Origin: Nymphaea colorata
Taxonomy: Eukaryota
Assembly: GCF_008831285.2 (NCBI RefSeq)
Contig: NC_045138.2
Coordinates: forward strand, 38,502,001-38,566,000
Length of the DNA stretch: 64,000 bases
Direction: 5' to 3'
Shown here: positions 56,725-64,000 of the stretch, piece after piece
Numbering within the stretch: the stretch's first letter is position 1
Layout of the letters: each line of letters starts with the position of its first letter
Position numbers and translations under genes: made by a program
The notes under the pieces: model-generated
The model's database searches: none
What the model was told of the DNA's origin: nothing
What the model saw: the letters and a program-made list of their open reading frames with translations, nothing else

Positions 56725-57367
56725 GCCAGGTCTTTCGATGATAGGTGGAGCCCACACATCCAATGAGATGAAAGTTCAAAAACATAATGTGGTGAACTTT
56801 TTCTCCTTAAAAAGAGCCAACTGTCATGAACCCTACTCTCTACCTTATAAGGTCCTCCAATTATTTAAAAAAGGCAACATTTTTTTGTTTATATGAATTG
56901 CCATTTTTGGTCTCAAATATTATGAATGAAAACAAAAAGAAAGTGTTTGACATTGACCTCTTCTAAGAAGGCAACTTGGTTGTTACGGCATTCTACATGC
57001 AACGGTAGAATGCGTCAACCACCTTAACGCTATACGGCAGAAATTACATGGTAGAGCCGGGTTGAAGGTGCATTACATCGTCACATAGGTGGAATGCCAT
57101 AATAAATAACTGATCCGCTCTTTTAGTGGTAATGGATAAGGGCATACACAAATTCAGAAGTTCTCTAAGCATATGGTTGCAAATGTGCTAGTTGTAGGAC
57201 ATAGTACAATAACAATTGAATTCACTGAATTTTAAAAATGCCAAAGCCCTCATACTGCATCTGACTCATTTCTGATCCTAGTTAAGTTTATAATGTGTAA
57301 GGATCAACATTTTTGCTTCTGCCATCAATACTTTGTTTTGCTGTTTTTAATCCTAAAACATGTGTTT

Positions 57368-57822
57368 AAGGATGTCAACAGATCAGATTAAATATATTTA
57401 CCTGATATTTACATATTTAGATTCAAATACAAATCAAGAAAAATGTTATCGTATCTTAATTTAAATTTTAAATTTGAATTGGATCTGATTTCGACTTTCA
57501 CATCCAAATCTAAATCTTACTTTTGGATTGACCAACCTGGACTACATTATGATATGTCAAAAATTTGACTTTCAAAATGTATATATATTGAATAAAGGAC
57601 ATGTATTTGAATCTAAGTCCAAATTTAAACCGAAATCCAAATCCGGATAGACAATTACTTGAAAACGGGATTCAAACCTGAATGGATGTTATTACCCATC
57701 CAATTTTTTAATCGGATAATTAAATTTGTTTTTGGATGTTAAATTTCTTTTTCCATATCTGATTTTTTTTTAAAAATACTTCAATCAGATATTCTATCCA
57801 AATCCGATTTATCGATGCCCCT
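57368..57822. mobile_element. Degenerate non-autonomous DNA transposon (hAT-like) with ATCC/GGAT subterminal repeats
   Basis: Ends AGGATGTCAACAGATCAGAT and ATCCGATTTATCGATGCCCCT are imperfect inverted repeats. Many internal ATCCAAATC/TTGGAT motifs. Confidence 0.45.
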
Positions 57823-58353
57823 GTTGCAGTTTGTACCAAAAAATCGGTTACCATCCAGTGTATTAACTTATTACATGAAAGAAAATTCACCGAGAAATGC
57901 GGCAAAAAGAAGGGTGCTTCACGTTCCACTCGTTCCCTCGCGGCCCACTTTTACAAGGCCCCGCTCGTGTCGTGACGTCCGCCCACCGCCATTTCTTTTT
58001 CTTTTTCTTGGATTTGGACGACAAAATCATGCAGCTGATCCTCTGAGCAGGGGGCGTTATCATTTTCGACAAAAGGTGAAAAATTCGATTACGTTTGTTT
58101 GACGCCCATGATCGGCAGCTCTAAAAGTTAAAGCGCGTGGGACTTGTTTATATTTTATACACAGAAACTTTGAGGGACGTGGTTTGCCTGTGATCGTGTA
58201 GGGGGGCTCTCTTCTCCATATATTTCGTGTTCCTAGGCGCCTAGCCACTCCTAGGCAACGTTGGTAATTGGTAGTACTCGGGGAGGCGTTTCCTTTTCGT
58301 TTTCCTTGGCGGGTGGTGTTATTCGAGTGCGAGAATCTACCTGTCTAAGGATC

Positions 58354-59508
58354 GTAAGTACAATCTTCCCTCTTGTGTTGTTTAGATCTTCTCTGTGATT
58401 CTGTTCTTCGTTAGCAAACCACAGAACGCGTCGAGAGATCGAACTTGGTAGTCAGGTTTCTTTTCCTTTTCTTTTTTGTTCTTTCGGAATTCGTGTTCCT
58501 TGTTTCTTTTTTTTCTTTTTTAGTGATCGTGGTGATGTCTAAAGTAGAACCATGATGGTTTCTCACTTGTTTGGCTAGTTTTTGCTGTTCTTTTCTGTGA
58601 TATGGGTTGTTTTTATTGTGATTCACGGTGGTTTGTTTTGCTGAAATTTGAAGTTGGTTGGTCTTTGTATTGGATCTTTCCCTGAAAACAGGACGCCTTT
58701 CTAGGTGGTTAGAGAAGCAATGAACTTTGTACTTTATCTTGCTCTTTGCTTGGTTATTTTCAATGGTTATTCTGCCATTGTTGCAAGAGAAGGTTGTCAA
58801 TTGTTCATTCTTAACAATGAGCCTACGGCACCTTATCTAACCTTTCCTCTGTTATATATATCTATGTATTATATATGCACACACAGATAGTTTTCTACTT
58901 CATTAATTTTTGGTGCTGAACCGGTTGTCTTCGGTGTTGAGAAAATCCAAGGAAGATCGTGTAGTTTGTGAACGCAAATACAGCAAAACTCCACCACGGA
59001 TGCGGCTCAAAAATGGATATAAAGTTTATTTACTTCCATCATTTTGACATTGATGTTTGGAAAGCTGGCTACAGTTGCAGACGTTGGTGAGGTCACAAAA
59101 CATAGAACCAAAATTCCAGTAAAAAAGGAAGTTTTTCTTGTATATTCAGATTGGCCTTGTGACAGTAAATACCAAATTATGAACCAGTCACTAGGTTGAG
59201 CACAAACTAATTGCTAACTGTGTATCTTCAATATTTTGCTCAGTAGTTGTGTGTATGTCTTGCTGCTCAGATTCTTAGTGGGATTAGATTCATTCCACTC
59301 TCTTAAATCGTCAAGAATGGCAAGAGTACATTTACACTAAAATTTAAATTCTTTTTTTTCATTTGTTGACAAGTAACTAATGCCTTTCTGTGATTTGGTT
59401 CTAATATAATAAGTTCATCCTTATGCACTTTGAGCATTGATGCTTTCGTTTGAATGTGACTGCTTGACAAGTGTTCTAACTTAAGTGTCTTCATAGAATT
59501 TTTTGTAG
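58354..59508 (+). other. Probable 5'-UTR intron of the L-aspartate oxidase gene
   Basis: Strong donor ATC|GTAAGT after a GC-richer leader, a U-rich body, and an acceptor TTTTGTAG immediately before the ATG at 59509. Confidence 0.6.
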
Positions 59509-62500
59509 ATGGCAAGTCTGGTGCTCTCTGGAAGTGTAAACCTGCGCCACACAGTTCATCTGGATTTAAATAATGATCAGAAGTTTTCTTCTCCAGTGTT
59601 TGGCACAAAATCCAAGAAATTCATTCAAGGGCAAAACATATGGTATATTATTATTTTTATCACATCTTTGATTAGTGAACCCTGTATTTAAGCGCAGAGA
59701 GTTTCACATCCTCCCACTCGCACAATAGTGTATGTGATTTCTTTGATATTTTAGGCCTATTACTACAGCATGGTTGGTAGGGTTTTTGGTCTGGTCTAGT
59801 TCCAGGCTTCCAGCATCTTGTATTTGTGTCATTTGATTCAAATCTAAATTACAGGATTTCTTTTTTCTTCAACAATTAATGGCCACAAAAGTTTATATCT
59901 AAGAATTTGCAGTTCTAATTGTATTCCTGCTTTACTTTTTGCAATAAAAACATGTACACAGTGTGCAATCTAAATTTGAGTTGCTGTCCTAGTTGGGAAA
60001 AACTGTTGCAGATCCACTGTCCTAATATATTGCACTATCTTTAAAGTATTGTGCCTTTGGAAAGGCACCATAAATTCAAAATAATTCTTATTGACATGTT
60101 TTGTTACTGTACTTTATTGACATGTTTTGTTACTGTACTTGGGTCTGTTAGCAGCGCTGCTAGTGCAGATGCTTCAATCATATTATTTGTGAAGGCCCTA
60201 TGAGAAGTTACAGATTACACTTTACAGAATTATAGTGCAATTGTTTTTCATGTTTTTTCCCTCCAGGTTTCATCTAGAATTCTCACTGCACATTTGAGCC
60301 ATTCCAAACTTTTCTGAATGTACGGTCTGAGTGTTACTTTGTCCATAATTTAATGCTTGGTATGTCTTTACAGGCTACATGGTGGCTGCAGGTTGTGGAA
60401 GGTTCAAGGTTATGGCCATCGAGTATCTTCTTTTCCTAACAAGAAACGTACAGTGATACAGTCAAGCATCAGAGAGAAAACAACCAAATTTTTTGACTTT
60501 GTAGTAATTGGAAGTGGAGTTGCTGGCCTTCGTTATGCCCTTGATGTTTCCAAATATGGCACTGTTGCTGTCATTACAAAAGCCGAACCTCATGATTGTA
60601 ATACAAATTATGCTCAGGGTGGTGTAAGTGCTGTTTTAAGTCCTTCTGACTCTGTTGAGAACCACATGAGAGATACCATTGTTGCAGGGGCATATTTGTG
60701 TGATGAGGAAACCGTCAGAGTAAGAACCTATATCACTTTTATGCTTATATGTTGTTTCTTAATAAGGGCTTAAATATTTCAATAATTATGTGAGTTTTTG
60801 TTTGTCTGTCTTGCGCCTTCATATATGCTGGTGAAGACTCGGAAGGCTGCTGGGCACACATAGGGGCAATTTAGATGTCATTTGGTTGATCTTAGAACTG
60901 TGCCGGCTCACCTGATCTGGTCCCTAGAAGTGGCAGTTGGATTACATTGTTTGTCACTTGTTCACCAATTCACATCCTGAATATATGATGACAATGTATA
61001 GCGAAAGGTAGTGATGAACATAAACTTGGTAAATCTGCAAAAAGAAAAAAGAGCACATAATATAACAGATTAAAGAGCAAAGAGGACAATTAGAATAATT
61101 TTATTGGTTAAAAAAAACAGAACTATGTGCAATTTCTTATCTCTATTGATATACGTATGCATTATTTATATTGATATGTGTGTGTATGCATGTTGATACT
61201 AAAAATTCAGTAGATTTTCTAGAGCAAAATCAGGTTGTCATCTATTTCACCATGCTATGTAGCCCAGCAACAAAAACCCTTCATCTGGTTGTCAATGTAC
61301 TCTCATCAGTACATTGGCTACTCTTACAGGACCAGACGTGTGGAGACCTGAACTCAATTCAATTTCAAACCCTTCTAATTTCCATGTAGCGAGGTTTTGT
61401 TTGTTTTGGCAGCATGAATATGGTTCCTTTGTTTAATGTGCACATGATTACTTGTTTAGAAATGGTTGTGTAACTTTGACATATCAGAGCTGACAACTCT
61501 TTACCATCCATGCAAATGCGTTAGCATGCTTTTTGAGCTTCTATAAGTTTGTTATCTTTTGAATGTGTTAGCAGTACAGTCATGATCCTGGCATTAAATA
61601 GTCGTATTGAATGTCCAACCATAATTATATTGTCTGTTTAATAGAAAGTTGGAAACCACCCTTTGGAGTAATATTCTTTATACATGCAGGTTTCTCCAAG
61701 AACTTCAAAACTGAATGGCCCGTGGTTTCAGATTTAGTCACAATGCAGCTGGCACCATGTGCATGCATTTGTCCAAAAAGCATATATAGATCAAGTTGTA
61801 CAATATGAAGTTCCCTAGAGAGGTTGCGGAAGAGAGAGAGCAAAGTGGGGGGGGGGGATAGAGAGAGAGCAAGGGGGGAGTGAGAGAGAGAGAGAAAGAG
61901 AGAGGTGTAAAATGGAGGCAACTATTACATTTGGATTTTGTAAGTAAAGAGTTTCTGTTTTCTAATTAGGCTATTGATTAAGACACTTTGCTCGCTCTAA
62001 AAGGGAAGTTTACTTTTAAATTCTATAAAGAGGATGACCTGAGTAACTATTGGACTGATTATCCATGATAGTGGATATATAGGATTATGATTTATGTTGC
62101 ATGAGCATGGTTTTGCAAGGTTTCAAAATCAAAGGCCTGAAATTGTTTATAAATTTCCAAGCCTCAAAGTGACATAGATTTAATTGACAAAACATGACCC
62201 AAACGTTGATTCTTAATGAGAACCATGCTCGCATGTACATGAGGCCATTTGCAAAATATAGGCTGAAAGAGTGTTGTTTGTGCATGGTGTTCATGGACAG
62301 TTGGTTCATTTGGAAATCAAACATAAATCAGCTAGATTAGTCACTTAGATAAATTTTAATGTAATTCAACGTGAGATAAGTTTGGCGTTCTAAGGTGATT
62401 AGCAAGGCTGTCATTGCATTTAAGCAGATGGACTTGTACTGTCAATTTCAAAATGTTTTCAATTGGTTATTCTATTCATTTTCCTTTTAAGGTTGATGTA

Positions 62501-63555
62501 TGCTTGCTTCTTTATCTTAGTTGAAGTTGAAATTGGGTTTGGTATTTCTTTTATTAGGTTCTGCTCTTGTATCATCTTTGGGATGCTCTATATATTCAAC
62601 AAGATTTTTCGTTTTAAATTTCCAAATATACCTTATTCTGCAGCTGTAAATCTATACTTACATGCACAATCTTCATTTAGGTGGTGTGTACTGAAGGTCC
62701 AGATAGAGTCAAAGAGCTAATAAATGAGTTTGGTGCATCATTTGACTATGGGGAAGATGGAAACCTACATCTTGCAAGAGAAGGCGGGCATTCTCATCGA
62801 AGAATTGTTCATGCTGCTGATATGACCGGAAGAGAAATTGAACGTGCTTTACTTAAAGCTGTTGATAATGATCCTAGGATATTTATGTTTGAGCACCATT
62901 TTGCAATTGATCTGCTGACCTCTCAGGTTTGTATTTCGAAATTACTTTGATTCTGCTTGATCTGATATGCTATTTATTCTGCTGTAATCTTACAAAGATA
63001 GGTCTACTAGCAGTCTCAAATGCGTTGGTGCATATTTGGTATCTGAAGGTTCTGTTTCCAAAGATCATGAAACTGTGGAAATGGTATCATGTAAAATGTG
63101 CCAAAAATTGTTGACAAAAACTGAAATCAAACTACCTTCACGTATCTACTCGAGTGGTTGCTTCACTAATTAGTTAGCTGGAGTTGTCAAGCCAATGACT
63201 TGTGGATCATAGCCTTCTGAGTGAGCCGACCTTTGGATGTTTCTTTGATTGAACTTTTGTTCTGACTGCACCATGCTCATACTACATTGTCTTTGACTTT
63301 TGCAGAACGCCCAGGAGATTTCTTGTCATGGGGTTGATACATTGAACACTGAAACACAAGAGGTAAGGGCATGGTGTGAAAGGCACCAGCTATCATTCTG
63401 AGTGACTAGAGATGCTATTTGGATTACATATTCTTTATTTGAGGTTTTCTTCATTAGTCTTGTTTAATTTTCAGATTGTCCGTTTCATCTCAAAAGTAAC
63501 CATGCTTGCTTCAGGCGGAGTGGGGCATATTTATCCCTCAACTACGAACCCATTG
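59509..63555 (+). CDS. AO: L-aspartate oxidase (NadB/AO, de novo NAD synthesis), plastid-targeted; 3' part beyond the window
   Basis: Exons 59509-59642 (transit-peptide-like), 60374-60719 ([15 protein letters not shown] motif, TNYAQGGV), 62681-62926 ([20 protein letters not shown]), 63306-63362 and 63475-63555 ([16 protein letters not shown]). The gene continues past 64000. Confidence 0.93.
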
Positions 63556-64000
63556 GTACGTAAACTTTACCTTCTTGGACATGTTTTAAATTACAGTATC
63601 TAAGAGGCCATAGTATTTCGCTATGAAATCTGAGGAAGTTTAGTTTTTTCAAATGCTATGTTCTTGTTATAAGCATTTCTATCAAGTGAAACAGTTGGAA
63701 GGTCTTCAACAAAGACTTTAATTTATATGTTTGGTTCAAACGTTTGCTGGAAAGTATTTGTTTTAACATAGATTCCCTACCTGTGATTTTGTTGTAAAAT
63801 ATTGCAAAGGATAGAGGTTGTGGTTGACTTTATTTTATTTGAGTGGCTTTCAAAGGTTTCTTGGAAAGTGTTTGTCTTGACATAGGTTCCTTACCTGTGA
63901 TTTTGTTGTAAAGTACTGTAAAAGATAGAGGTTCTGATTGTTGTCTTGGTGAGGCCCATTACAGGGGCGCGTCTTTCTTATTCCTTCTTTATCATTAGGC

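Noticed and set aside
58233..58244. 12-bp palindrome CTAGGCGCCTAG in the AO leader (riboswitch-like idea)
   Set aside because: Too short, and no extended structure or known aptamer motif was seen.
59000..59090. Short ATG ORFs upstream of AO as candidate uORFs
   Set aside because: They lie within the predicted 5'-UTR intron, with no evidence of being exonic or conserved.

Overview
Flowering-plant nuclear euchromatin: AT-rich introns, (TA)n/(GA)n microsatellites and MITE remnants. The species cannot be proven from sequence alone. Seven spliced protein-coding genes were reconstructed by hand. Minus strand: a C-type-lectin receptor-like kinase, a CUC2/NAM-clade NAC transcription factor with an intact miR164 target site, a FLOE1-family prion-like protein that appears to have lost its DUF1421 domain, and a RINGLET (RLT1/2) homeobox-DDT chromatin factor. 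Plus strand: an EXO1B-type exonuclease, a class II J-domain protein and a plastid L-aspartate oxidase that runs off the right edge. No tRNA, rRNA or CRISPR array was recognised, and I found no clearly new multi-gene system. The most notable unexplained signals are: a U12 minor-spliceosome intron and a triplicated NLS-bearing C-terminal module in EXO1; a tandem TAG-TAA stop inside a poly-Q run of the FLOE gene; an exon-like, frame-bridging intron in RLT; a possible divergent small transcript upstream of CUC2; a tandem-TGAC cluster downstream of CUC2; and a (TA)n-associated MITE cluster. All exon boundaries are manual predictions, and all homology calls come from recalled family sequences, not database searches.
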